Position numbers and translations under genes: made by a program. Of a stretch of DNA of 64,000 bases, positions 45,211-53,890 are shown one piece after another. The stretch's first letter is position 1; every line of letters begins with the position of its first letter. The notes beneath the pieces are model-generated. The model did not search any database. It was not told the origin of the DNA and saw only the letters and a list, made by a program, of their open reading frames with translations. The stretch covers positions 15,485 through 79,484 of the forward strand of contig CAZNLD010000003.1 in NCBI GenBank assembly GCA_964574035.1, written 5' to 3'. The DNA is from Candidatus Undinarchaeota archaeon. Its GTDB lineage: Archaea; Undinarchaeota; Undinarchaeia; Undinarchaeales; JALTGF01.

Positions 45211-46707
45211 TTAAGATTCCTTTTGTTCAGTTGAAAATAATACGCCTTTCTTTCCGAGATGCTCCTCAACCATTGCATCGTCGCTTTCTTCAGTTACCTT
45301 TGCAAGAAGTGCAAGATTCTTTACAAGACCGATATTTGACCCTTCCGGCGTTTCATTCGGACAGAGTCTGCCCCAGTGAGTTGCGTGCAGATCTCTTGCC
45401 TCGAAATGCGGCTGGGCCGTACTCAGTAAAGAACGAACTCTTCTTCTGTGTGAAAGGGCGGATAAATAATTCAGTCTATCTAAATGCTGTGAAACTCCTT
45501 TTCTGTTTCCAATCCATGCCCCCGTTGCAATTGCATGCTGGATTCTTTCTGTTAGGAAATTGGATCTGATTGCAGTTAAAACAGACAGTTTTCTATTTCT
45601 TTTGTAAGCTTTCTCAAGTGAATAAACAGTATTGTTAACTAATGCTCTGAATGTTACTCTGAACAGGTCTTCAAACAATCTTCCTGCAAGTCTCAGTCTT
45701 TTATTTGAATAATTATCTTTGTCATCCAAACCTATTTTTCCCAAATGAAGTTTGATTACTTTTTCAACCATTCTTGCCAAATACCTGGCTTTGTTTACTC
45801 TGTCTCCCGGCATCACTCCGATATGAGGTAAAATAAATGTGTCAAGAACCCTTTCAGCTCTTTCCATTCTGTCCTCTTTGGACTGGCCGAAAGCAATTCT
45901 CTTTCCAAGATAATCAAGTGCTTCTGGCCTGTTTTTTATTTCTTCTGCTTCTTCAAAACTTACGTAAAGTTCATTCTGAACTTCAGGAACAGGTGAAACC
46001 ATTTGAGCTATATCAGATTCTTTTTCAACACCTAATGCTTTTAAAATGATTACAAAAGGTACCTGCTTATTGAAGGGGGACGAACTCAGGAAAATATTTC
46101 CATCCTTCTTGTATTCAATGCTGTTTCTTCTCCTGTACCATCCGCTTGTTGAAAATACTCTTACTTTTTCAGTTACAGTTCCAATCTTGGGTTTTGCCAT
46201 ATTCATTCTGTTTGCAGATAGATCTTCAACAAGAACAAGAACTCTTTCTGTACCATTAACAATAAAATATCCGCCGGGGTCTTCCGGATCTTCACCTGCT
46301 TTTATCATGCTTTCTTTTGACATGTCGCTTAACGGACACAAATCGGAATGAAGCATTACCGGAAGTTCTCCTATTTTAGGAAGGATTTTTTCTCCCTCTG
46401 TTCCATTTTTAATTGGAACCATTTCAAGGAAAAGAGGAGAAGAATAAGATAAATCCCTTAATCTTGCCTCATTAGGCAGAATATCTCTGACAGCACCATT
46501 TGCTTCTTTTACTGAAGGCTTGCCGATTTTTATATTTTCAAGTCTGACTTCAAAATCTTCAATTTCGGGGTCAATAACTTCCATTTCATCAATAATTTTC
46601 TGCATACCTTCCTTTACAAAAGAATTATAAGAACTAATCTGATGTCCAACTAGACCATTTTCTCGTATGAAACCTTCTACCAATGCATCATATTTTCTTT
46701 TAGCCAT
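45211..46707 (-). CDS. rpoB2: DNA-directed RNA polymerase subunit B'' (N-terminal half of split Rpo2)
   Basis: 498 aa. It ends with ...HWGRLCPNETPEGSNIGLVKNLAL, and its stop abuts the rpoB1 start. Confidence 0.95.
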   Translation of the reverse strand: MAKRKYDALVEGFIRENGLVGHQISSYNSFVKEGMQKIIDEMEVIDPEIEDFEVRLENIKIGKPSVKEANGAVRDILPNEARLRDLSYSSPLFLEMVPIKNGTEGEKILPKIGELPVMLHSDLCPLSDMSKESMIKAGEDPEDPGGYFIVNGTERVLVLVEDLSANRMNMAKPKIGTVTEKVRVFSTSGWYRRRNSIEYKKDGNIFLSSSPFNKQVPFVIILKALGVEKESDIAQMVSPVPEVQNELYVSFEEAEEIKNRPEALDYLGKRIAFGQSKEDRMERAERVLDTFILPHIGVMPGDRVNKARYLARMVEKVIKLHLGKIGLDDKDNYSNKRLRLAGRLFEDLFRVTFRALVNNTVYSLEKAYKRNRKLSVLTAIRSNFLTERIQHAIATGAWIGNRKGVSQHLDRLNYLSALSHRRRVRSLLSTAQPHFEARDLHATHWGRLCPNETPEGSNIGLVKNLALLAKVTEESDDAMVEEHLGKKGVLFSTEQKES

Positions 46708-46961
46708 TAAACAACAACCCTGTAATAATTTGTTTTTCCGGCGGTTTTGCTTCCTCTTTCAATTTTAATAACATCGCCGTACTTTGCTTTCAAACCCCTG
46801 ATGGCAGGATCCCGTTTTTTAATTTTAGGAAGCTGAAATTTTTCAATTCCAAGATTTTCAAGGAGTTCTTTGGCTGCCTCAACAGACATTAAAGTGTGTT
46901 TCGGAACATATACGTGTCCACTTACATCAAGTTTTTTGCTTTTCTTTTTCTTCTTTGCCAT
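46707..46961 (-). CDS. rpoH: DNA-directed RNA polymerase subunit H (Rpo5)
   Basis: 84 aa with HVYVPKHTLMS...PKIKKRDPAIR...GDVIKIER..., typical of RpoH. First gene of the rpo operon. Confidence 0.9.
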   Translation of the reverse strand: MAKKKKKSKKLDVSGHVYVPKHTLMSVEAAKELLENLGIEKFQLPKIKKRDPAIRGLKAKYGDVIKIERGSKTAGKTNYYRVVV

Positions 46962-46977
46962 TTTTTAGTTAAGAGTA

Positions 46978-47151
46978 TGGGCCCGACGGGATTTTCAGTG
47001 CGCTCCGGCTTTATCCAGGGCGATCTTTTGAACCCGCGACCCCTTGGTTTCCTCGAAAACGCAAAGCATTTTTGAGTTACCCGGAGTTTACTCCAGCGAG
47101 CTTCGCATCAACCTAAAAGCCAAGTGCTCTCCCAGGCTGAGCTACGGGCCC
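46978..47151 (-). tRNA. tRNA-Lys (anticodon UUU) with two introns (canonical 37/38, about 65 nt; T-loop 59/60, about 35 nt)
   Basis: Reverse strand: GGGCCCG-TA-GCTC-AGCCTGGGA-GAGC-A-CTTGG-CT TTT A [intron 47049-47113] A-CCAAG-GGGTC-GCGGG-TTCAAA [intron 46992-47026] T-CCCGT-CGGGCCC-A. The exons assemble into a 73-nt cloverleaf. Confidence 0.8.
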
Positions 47152-47170
47152 GATTTTATGGTTTTAATCA

Positions 47171-47277
47171 TGGCGCCCTGGCTGGAATTTTCAGCGAACC
47201 AGACGAGTCCAGCAACGCATTTGAATCCAGGTCACGGCCGTGACAGGGCCGTATGCTAACCACTACACCACCAGGGC
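47171..47277 (-). tRNA. tRNA-Asp (anticodon GUC) with a 32-nt T-loop intron (59/60), CCA encoded
   Basis: Reverse strand: GCCCTGG-TG-GTGT...GCAT-A-CGGCC-CT GTC AC-GGCCG-TGAC-CTGGA-TTCAAA [intron 47188-47219] T-TCCAG-CCAGGGC-G-CCA. The intron junctions form a textbook bulge-helix-bulge. Confidence 0.82.
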
Positions 47278-47394
47278 ATTTGTCTTAGAGCATTAAGTCT
47301 AGATTTAGTGCAACTAAAATTCTAGACTATCCCATGTATTTGTTTTGATTTCACGATATATACAACGGAATTATGACCGTAAGACCCTTTAAGT

Positions 47395-47512
47395 GTCCGA
47401 CAGCGTCCTGTTTTTCCCGCGCCGAAACGCAGTAATCAACAGATCGCAGGAGGACTTTACTTCTGTGTTCGGGATGGGAACAGGTGTTGCCCCTCCGCTG
47501 TGACCGTCAGAC
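47395..47512 (-). rRNA. rrf: 5S ribosomal RNA
   Basis: The reverse strand contains the conserved CCCATCCCGAACACAGAAGT block. The termini pair as helix I (GTCTGACGG / CTGTCGGAC, including G:U pairs). About 118 nt. GC-rich relative to its surroundings. Confidence 0.85.
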
Positions 47513-47535
47513 TCTCATGTTAAACGTTATTAAGG

Positions 47536-47543
47536 TATATAAA
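47536..47543 (-). promoter_or_regulatory. TATA box for the 5S rRNA (and possibly the downstream tRNA-Asp/Lys) transcription unit
   Basis: The reverse strand reads TTTATATA, 24-31 nt upstream of the inferred 5S 5' end (47512). Confidence 0.45.
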
Positions 47544-47597
47544 GGTTACTGTTGTGAACTGAACTAAGTCATTTATATTCCAAATAAAGTTCTTTAA

Positions 47598-48557
47598 TTA
47601 AATCGGGAATCCTGCACTAAATCCGTGGAATTCTCCATCCGTAATCAGCTTTTTCTTTGGATAAACTACAATTCCTTTTCCGCTGACAATGTCCACATTA
47701 ACGATTTTCTTTACAATCTCTTCTCCTCTCATTTTAAGAATCTCTATACCGAAAGCTCTTGCTCCTTCAGATTCGTATGCGACATTATACAGAATAATAA
47801 TTCCATCTGCAAGGAACCCTTCGATACCGCTTTCAGTAAGCGCCAAACTCTCCGGATGCGTAGTTTCTGTAATAAGGAATGAAGTTATATCTTCCCTCTC
47901 TAAAAATCGGAACAGCTGTTCAATATATATTCTGTACCTACTCTCCTCTCCACTGAATGCAGAAGCAATAGCAGACAGAGAGTCAATAGCAACTATATCT
48001 GGTTCGAAACCTTCCGGAACAAGGACGGGTTGTATATCAATTAAAAGCTCTTTTTTTGCTTCACTTAATAACGCCTCAATTGATCTTGCAATATCCAATG
48101 TATTGAATCTTTTAAGCTGAAGAACACCTTTTTTAATGAATGGTTTTGGGTCCCAGCCGAAATCCCTCATATGCTGCTTAAGCCTGTCTTCTGGCTCCTC
48201 AAAAGACATGTAAAGGCACTTTTTGCCGCTTTGAATAGCATTCCATACAACCTGTAAGCAGAAAATTGTTTTTCCGGTTCCCGGCCCGCCTGCAACAAGA
48301 ACTGCAGAACCTTCCGGAATACCTTCTTTCATCAAAGTATCAAATCCTTTAATGCCGGTCTTAAACTTTTTAGCTTTCTTTAATTCTTTTTTCTTTCCAC
48401 TGCCGGGCTCTTTTGTTATTTTCTGCGCAAATTTACGCGCAGCCTTCATCTGTTTGCCGATATGCTCTTTGTGTTCTTTTTTCAAACCTTCTTTAGAATT
48501 TTTATTTGATTCTTTTTGCTTTTTACCAGATTTTTTTGATTTTTTCTTTTTTGCCAT
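47598..48557 (-). CDS. KaiC/RadA-like RecA-superfamily ATPase with polybasic N-terminal extension
   Basis: 319 aa. Walker A VLVAGGPGTGKTIFCLQ and Walker B-like DIVAIDSLS. The first about 70 aa are a K-rich tail. Confidence 0.8.
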   Translation of the reverse strand: MAKKKKSKKSGKKQKESNKNSKEGLKKEHKEHIGKQMKAARKFAQKITKEPGSGKKKELKKAKKFKTGIKGFDTLMKEGIPEGSAVLVAGGPGTGKTIFCLQVVWNAIQSGKKCLYMSFEEPEDRLKQHMRDFGWDPKPFIKKGVLQLKRFNTLDIARSIEALLSEAKKELLIDIQPVLVPEGFEPDIVAIDSLSAIASAFSGEESRYRIYIEQLFRFLEREDITSFLITETTHPESLALTESGIEGFLADGIIILYNVAYESEGARAFGIEILKMRGEEIVKKIVNVDIVSGKGIVVYPKKKLITDGEFHGFSAGFPI

Positions 48558-48602
48558 GTTAAACCTCTTTAACTTAATATGATTTATATATCTTTTTCAA
48601 AG

Positions 48603-49898
48603 TTACCTCTTCTTTGATTTTTTGATTTCTTTTTTAGCCTCTCTTCCTTTTTGCCTTTCCCTCACTTTCTTTTTCCTCAACATCTTTTTAATCTCTTTTT
48701 TCCTTTTCCTATTTTCAGACCATCTTTGGAGCCATGACTTCTTAGTTTTCTTCTGCTTCTTTTCTTTCTTTTTTGGTTTTTCTTTTTTCTTTTTCTTCAA
48801 ATTTTTAACAAGCTCTTCTTTCTTTAAATTAGCTTTAATATCATGTTCCTTCGCAAGCTTCTGAAGCCTCCTGTATGATTTATCAACAAGACTCTTTTCC
48901 TTGGATTCCTTTTCTTTTTTCTTTTTTTCTGACTTCTCTTCTTCAACTTTAACTCCTCCAAGCCTTTCGGCAAAACTTGCAAGTTTCTTCTTTTGAGCTT
49001 TGGTTAATTTCTTCTCTTTCTGTTTTCCGGAGAAGAATGCCAACGGGCCCCTTCTCTTCAACTTTGAAAAGGTTCCTTTTTTCTTTTCAAGTTCTGTTTT
49101 CAAAAGAGGTATCTGTCTGTTTATATCCCTGATGATTTCTTTGAACTTCTTAGTTTTTGTCAGGTACTCACTTTCGGACATTTCCTGCTCATCAAAGTAA
49201 ACCTTTTGAACATTTTTAATTAGATTATAAATCGTTTCCTTTTCGAGTTCAAGATGCCTTATCTGTTTTTTAAGAAGAATGATAGAAATTCTATTTTTTA
49301 AGATTAGTCCCGCAATAGTGGAAATTACGATAACCGTTAAAAGAATTTCCCAGTTTCTTTCCAAAAAGCCTCTGACTGTTTTTGTGCTTGCCTCATAAAA
49401 TGCCCTTACTTTCGTAGTTGTGGCCTCTACTTCAGATATTTTGTCGTATGTCTCCGAAATTAATGCATCTGCTTCTTCGTATCTTTCGCTCTCAAATGCT
49501 TCAACTGCTTCCGTATATAATGGATCGATTTCCTCCATATTTATTCCGGAGTCTCTCGCAGATTCAACTTCAAATTCAAGAGCTTTTAATTCATCATAAA
49601 CCTGAAACGCCTTTGTTTTTAATTCACATATTTGATTAGATGTTGAAACAACAAATTCATAGCTTGCAGTCAGATTTTGCTCTTCTCTCAGAAGCTGCGC
49701 TTCATAAAAATCTTCTGCCTGGCCAGACAAATCATCTACTCGCTGAGTTGAGAGATTGGCAGCCTTCATTTCCTGAATGCATTCTTCAGCTTCTGACAGA
49801 GCCTCTTCTGCATCCTGCTGATTATATGCAAATACTCCGGCAGAGAATATTAAAAGTACTAAAAATGCTGTCAAAAGCAATTTTCCTTTTCCATTCAT
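48603..49898 (-). CDS. bitopic membrane protein with coiled coils, HeH/SAP-like motif and polybasic C-terminus
   Basis: 431 aa. Signal/TM (LLLTAFLVLLIFSAGVFA); acidic helical ectodomain; TM (ILLTVIVISTIAGLIL); cytoplasmic coiled coil; SYRRLQKLAKEHDIKANLKKEELVKNL resembles Rho_N/HeH; the final about 70 aa are K/R-rich. Confidence 0.65.
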   Translation of the reverse strand: MNGKGKLLLTAFLVLLIFSAGVFAYNQQDAEEALSEAEECIQEMKAANLSTQRVDDLSGQAEDFYEAQLLREEQNLTASYEFVVSTSNQICELKTKAFQVYDELKALEFEVESARDSGINMEEIDPLYTEAVEAFESERYEEADALISETYDKISEVEATTTKVRAFYEASTKTVRGFLERNWEILLTVIVISTIAGLILKNRISIILLKKQIRHLELEKETIYNLIKNVQKVYFDEQEMSESEYLTKTKKFKEIIRDINRQIPLLKTELEKKKGTFSKLKRRGPLAFFSGKQKEKKLTKAQKKKLASFAERLGGVKVEEEKSEKKKKEKESKEKSLVDKSYRRLQKLAKEHDIKANLKKEELVKNLKKKKKEKPKKKEKKQKKTKKSWLQRWSENRKRKKEIKKMLRKKKVRERQKGREAKKEIKKSKKR

Positions 49899-50088
49899 AT
49901 TCCATGATTAAGAAACAGAGATATATAAACCTTAATGAAAGTTATTAATAGAATATTTATATTCAATAGTAGATAGTTAATGGTAGATGGTAATTGGTAA
50001 GTCGTAAGTGGTAAAAACCATCAAAAGCTGCCGACTACGCATTGAACCATTTACAATAAACCAATAACCATAAACTATCAACCATCAA

Positions 50089-50186
50089 CCCCCGATAGCT
50101 CAACGGCAGAGCGGCCGGCTGTAGCTGGAGAAAATCTTCTTCCAGTAGAAACCGGCAGGTTCCAGGTTCAAATCCCGGTCGGGGGA
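50089..50186 (+). tRNA. tRNA-Tyr (anticodon GUA) with a 26-nt canonical intron
   Basis: CCCCCGA-TA-GCTC-AACGGCA-GAGC-G-GCCGG-CT GTA G [intron 50125-50150] A-CCGGC-AGGTT-CCAGG-TTCAAAT-CCCGG-TCGGGGG-A. It has the C1:G72 pair typical of archaeal tRNA-Tyr and one A:C mismatch in the T stem. A T-run follows. Confidence 0.85.
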
Positions 50187-50265
50187 CCTTTTTAATTTTA
50201 TATTTGCTTTAACAGTAATTAAAAATAAGCTAAAAAATAAATAGTTCTTAAATCATTGATTAGTT

Positions 50266-51834
50266 ATGATAATAAAATATACTTCAGAAAAAGTTCCCGG
50301 AATTTTAGACAATATAACCCAAGTAAACGATATTAGCAAAATAAATAAAAAAATAAGGAGTAAAAAAATAAGAGTTTCATGGAGAAAGAGCTGGAAAAAT
50401 AGAGGACTAAATGACCAGGATAAGAAATACGAAAAAGAAGCGGTAGAACTTTCAAGAAAACTTTACGAAGTAACCCAAGATGTTTCTGAAAAATGTACTT
50501 ATGCTAATATTTTTAAGGGAATAGGGGCCAATGAAGAGGCAGAAAAAATAACTAAAAAAGAATTTATAGATAATTTCTCAAAAACACCAGATAATACTAT
50601 ATATTTGATAAAAGACGAGGAGATAAAAGGAGAGAAGCTTGAAATAGAGAGTGAAAACATAGATTTTTTTGATTTTGATAATATTAAATACAAAAAATAT
50701 ATTGGAGTGGTAGTAAAAAATGTTGTACTAGATAATACTGTTTTTGAGCTTGAAGCCATTTCAAACTCCCTTTTTTCAGGGCTAACAGTAAAAGGCAATG
50801 AAGGAGGAATTAATTTGCCCCATTCTAATCTAAATACAATTGTAAACAACAAAATAACTGGATGTGGATGGGGTTTAAGTTTACCATTTTCATTTAAAAA
50901 TACTGTTCTTAAAAACAAAATAATTGAAGCGGAGCAGGTAGGAATTTCATTTCTGACAGGCAATACAGTAGCGGACAACGAAGTGTATAAAACTAAAAAT
51001 ATAGGAATTGAAATCGGCGGCACTTCAAATATAATTATAAAAAATAAATGTAAAGAAAATAAAACCGGTATAGAACTCGCAAGGCAACACAATCTTATTA
51101 TAAACAATGAAATAGAATCTAATGAGAAAAATGGTATTGTTATTTCAGGTAGCAAAGGAATAGAAGCAAATAATACTCTTTTGAAAAATGAGATAAACAG
51201 TAATGAAGTAGGGATTGGTATTAAAAAATCAGATAATAATATAATAAAGAACAATAACTTTTCAAAAAATAAAACAGGCATATTCAATAAAAGTTCAGAT
51301 TACATCATCTTTCTAAAAAATAAAATATTTTCGCATAAAAATGGCATACATCAAATTAAAGACTGCCGTGGAACCATAATTAAAGAAAACTTTTTTGAAA
51401 ATAATGCATGTGGAATATTCCTGCATGGAGGCGTTCCTTGGGGCCACTATACACATATAATTAAAAATGGACTATATGAAAATAAAGAGTATGGAGTATA
51501 TATACACCACCAAACCTCAGTAAATTTTGAAGAAAACATTTTTCAAAAAAGTAAAATAAATACATTTTTTTCAGACTCTTTCGTTAAAGTCAATCCAAAA
51601 AGAAAAAATATCTGTTTGAAAAATGAAAGAAATAAAGTGACAGTAAGAAGTGAATTAAGTCTGAATGCGAACTTGAACTTATTCTTAGATCTGGATGAGA
51701 ATCTAGAATCCAAAGAACTAAAACCAAAACAAAAAGAAGAAATACTAAAAATTCTTTTTGAAGCTAAAATAAAAAAAGAACTTAAAAATATGCTTGAAGA
51801 AATAAAAGAAAAAGCGGGCGTAGATACTGAATAG
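50266..51834 (+). CDS. right-handed beta-helix repeat protein (NosD/PbH1-like), no signal peptide
   Basis: 522 aa. The central region has about 10 repeats of the type NKIxxNxxGIxI. The N-terminus is basic and non-hydrophobic. Confidence 0.7.
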   Translation: MIIKYTSEKVPGILDNITQVNDISKINKKIRSKKIRVSWRKSWKNRGLNDQDKKYEKEAVELSRKLYEVTQDVSEKCTYANIFKGIGANEEAEKITKKEFIDNFSKTPDNTIYLIKDEEIKGEKLEIESENIDFFDFDNIKYKKYIGVVVKNVVLDNTVFELEAISNSLFSGLTVKGNEGGINLPHSNLNTIVNNKITGCGWGLSLPFSFKNTVLKNKIIEAEQVGISFLTGNTVADNEVYKTKNIGIEIGGTSNIIIKNKCKENKTGIELARQHNLIINNEIESNEKNGIVISGSKGIEANNTLLKNEINSNEVGIGIKKSDNNIIKNNNFSKNKTGIFNKSSDYIIFLKNKIFSHKNGIHQIKDCRGTIIKENFFENNACGIFLHGGVPWGHYTHIIKNGLYENKEYGVYIHHQTSVNFEENIFQKSKINTFFSDSFVKVNPKRKNICLKNERNKVTVRSELSLNANLNLFLDLDENLESKELKPKQKEEILKILFEAKIKKELKNMLEEIKEKAGVDTE

Positions 51835-51900
51835 GAAAATAATAATTATAATATCCCTCCTCCACGATTTACTATCAACCAATAACCTTATATACTACAT

Positions 51901-52245
51901 ATGAATTATATTTCACGTATGAAACCAATTTCACAAAAACCCTACCACAAATGTTTTGAAACTCTGGCAAATGAACTCAGATTAAATATAATTAAAACTC
52001 TGAAAAAAAACAAGTTCTGCGTAACTGATTTGGCTGAAAAACTAGGAGTAGAAAGAAGCAGAGTATCTCATTCTCTGCAGACATTGAAAAGATGCTCAAT
52101 TGTTCATTCAAAAAAGAACGGCAAGAAAAATGTTTATTATTTAGATAAAAGGGTAAAAAAAAGATTGAAAAACCAGACAATTTTAAAGGCGCTCGGCAGT
52201 TATATGGACGAGTGCTGCCCTTTATACGGAGGCAAAAATGACTGA
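51901..52245 (+). CDS. ArsR/SmtB-family HTH transcriptional regulator
   Basis: 114 aa. LANELRLNIIKTLKKNKFCVTDLAEKLGVERSRVSHSLQTLKRCSIV matches the ArsR wHTH pattern. It overlaps the nifS start by 8 nt. Confidence 0.85.
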   Translation: MNYISRMKPISQKPYHKCFETLANELRLNIIKTLKKNKFCVTDLAEKLGVERSRVSHSLQTLKRCSIVHSKKNGKKNVYYLDKRVKKRLKNQTILKALGSYMDECCPLYGGKND

Positions 52246-53392
52246 GAAAAAAGTGTATCTAGACCATGCTGCATCAACACCAACAGCTCCTGAAGTTCTG
52301 GAAGAAATGGAGCCCTACTTTACTGAAAAGTATGGAAATGCTTCAGCTCTGCATTCATTTGGACGAGAAGCAAAAGAAGCATTAGAAAAATCCAGAGAAG
52401 CCATATTAAAAAAAGCAGGAGGAAAAAATCATAAACTTATTTTCACTTCCGGCGGGACAGAATCAAACAATTTCGCCCTTAAAGGATTGGCTTTCAAGAA
52501 AAAGAAAGGACACATAATTACAACAAAAATTGAACATGATTGTATATTAAATTCAGCAAAATGGCTTGAAAGCAGAGGATTTGATGTTACTTATCTTCCG
52601 GTAGATGAAAAGGGATTTATTGATCCGGAAGACTTAGAAAAATCTATAAGAGATGACACTTTTTTAGTTTCAATAATTCACGGAAATAATGAAATTGGAA
52701 CAATTCAAAAAATAAAAGAGCTTGGAAAAATCTGTTCAGAAAATGAAATTCCTCTGCATACAGATGCCTGCCAGAGTTTTACAAAAGTTCCAATTAATAT
52801 GAAAAAGGACAATATTGATTTAATGACAATTAACTCGCATAAAATCCACGGACCAAAAGGAGTCGGCGCACTTATAATCAAAGAAGGAATCAATATTGAA
52901 CCCCTAATGCACGGAGGCGGGCATGAATACAAACTAAGAAGCGGAACCCAAAATGTAGCTGGAGCAGTCGGCTTTGCAAAGGCAACAGAAATCATGAACA
53001 AAAAAGATATTAAAAATATGCGGAACCTCAGAAATAAATTAATTAAAGGTCAGCTTGAAATTGACGATACAATTTTAAACGGCCCAGAAGGAAAAGATAG
53101 ACTTCCAAATAATTCAAACATTTCATTTAAATTTGTAGAAGGAGAATCTCTGCTTCTGCATTTAGATTCAAAAGGAATTGCAGCATCAACCGGCTCTGCC
53201 TGCTCCTCAAAAAGTCTGGAACCGAGCCATGTTTTAACTGCAATCGGTCTTCCTGCAGAAATTGCTCACGGAAGCATTAGACTTAGTTTGAGCAAGTATA
53301 ATACAAAAGAAGAAATTGACTATACTGTTGAAGCAATGAAAGAGGCTGTTGAAAATCTAAGAAAAATTAGTCCAATGAAGGGAGGCAAATAA
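52238..53392 (+). CDS. nifS: cysteine desulfurase (NifS/IscS type)
   Basis: 384 aa with the PLP lysine region INSHKIHGPKG and the active-site loop ASTGSACSS. Confidence 0.95.
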   Translation: MTEKKVYLDHAASTPTAPEVLEEMEPYFTEKYGNASALHSFGREAKEALEKSREAILKKAGGKNHKLIFTSGGTESNNFALKGLAFKKKKGHIITTKIEHDCILNSAKWLESRGFDVTYLPVDEKGFIDPEDLEKSIRDDTFLVSIIHGNNEIGTIQKIKELGKICSENEIPLHTDACQSFTKVPINMKKDNIDLMTINSHKIHGPKGVGALIIKEGINIEPLMHGGGHEYKLRSGTQNVAGAVGFAKATEIMNKKDIKNMRNLRNKLIKGQLEIDDTILNGPEGKDRLPNNSNISFKFVEGESLLLHLDSKGIAASTGSACSSKSLEPSHVLTAIGLPAEIAHGSIRLSLSKYNTKEEIDYTVEAMKEAVENLRKISPMKGGK

Positions 53393-53850
53393 TGTACACT
53401 GAAAAAGTTATGAAGCATTTTAAAAATCCAAAGAACATGGGAGATCTAGAAAACCCTGATGCGGTTGGAGAAGTCGGCAATCCGGTATGCGGAGATGTTA
53501 TGAAAGTTTATCTCAAAATTGAAAATGATAAAATTAAGGAGATTAAATTTCAGACTTTCGGATGCGCTGCAGCAATTGCAACTTCAAGCATGATTACTGA
53601 ATTGGCAAAAGGAAAAACCTTGAAAGAAGCAGTAAAAATTTCAAACCAAGATGTTGCTGACTCTCTGGAAGGGCTGCCTCCATTGAAAATGCACTGCTCA
53701 AATTTAGCAGCAGATGCTTTAAAGGAAGCAATTTATCAGTATTTAAAAAATAAAAATAGAGAAATCTCAGAAGATTTGAAAAAACTGCATAAGAAAGTAG
53801 AGAAGGAAAAAGAAACAGCTGAGCATGTTCATGAAGAACTAAAAAAGTAA
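53392..53850 (+). CDS. nifU: Fe-S cluster scaffold protein (NifU N-terminal/IscU type)
   Basis: 152 aa with three ligand Cys in GNPVCGD, FGCAAAIA and MHCSNLA. The start overlaps the nifS stop. Confidence 0.93.
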   Translation: MYTEKVMKHFKNPKNMGDLENPDAVGEVGNPVCGDVMKVYLKIENDKIKEIKFQTFGCAAAIATSSMITELAKGKTLKEAVKISNQDVADSLEGLPPLKMHCSNLAADALKEAIYQYLKNKNREISEDLKKLHKKVEKEKETAEHVHEELKK

Positions 53851-53890
53851 AAAGCAATAAATACTCCTAATTAGATAAAGGAAGTTACAA

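Noticed and set aside
47297-47327. The palindrome GTCTAGATTTAGT-GCA-ACTAAA(AT)TCTAGAC between the 5S rRNA and tRNA-Asp, considered as a distinct regulatory element.
   Set aside because: It is a single AT-rich imperfect palindrome of modest length in a spacer between co-oriented RNA genes. It is most simply a processing or termination hairpin, and nothing more specific can be supported.
46978-47512. ORF-track entries overlapping RNA genes or repeat DNA (47044-47259; also 29468-29722, 6932-7180, 7106-7303, 7141-7323, 2751-2972, 6774-6977).
   Set aside because: These spans are fully explained by tRNA genes, the 5S rRNA, the rpl3 leader RNA or the tRNA-Ser repeat region. The peptides have no protein-like features.
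50499-51287. A 262-aa minus-strand ORF (plus other long antisense ORFs, e.g. 36489-36986, 6352-6807, 6016-6339, 47689-48120, 33753-34010).
   Set aside because: These lie antisense to well-supported genes. Their translations are low-complexity (F/L/S/I-rich), as expected from the reverse complement of K/E/N-rich coding sequence, and they carry no motifs.
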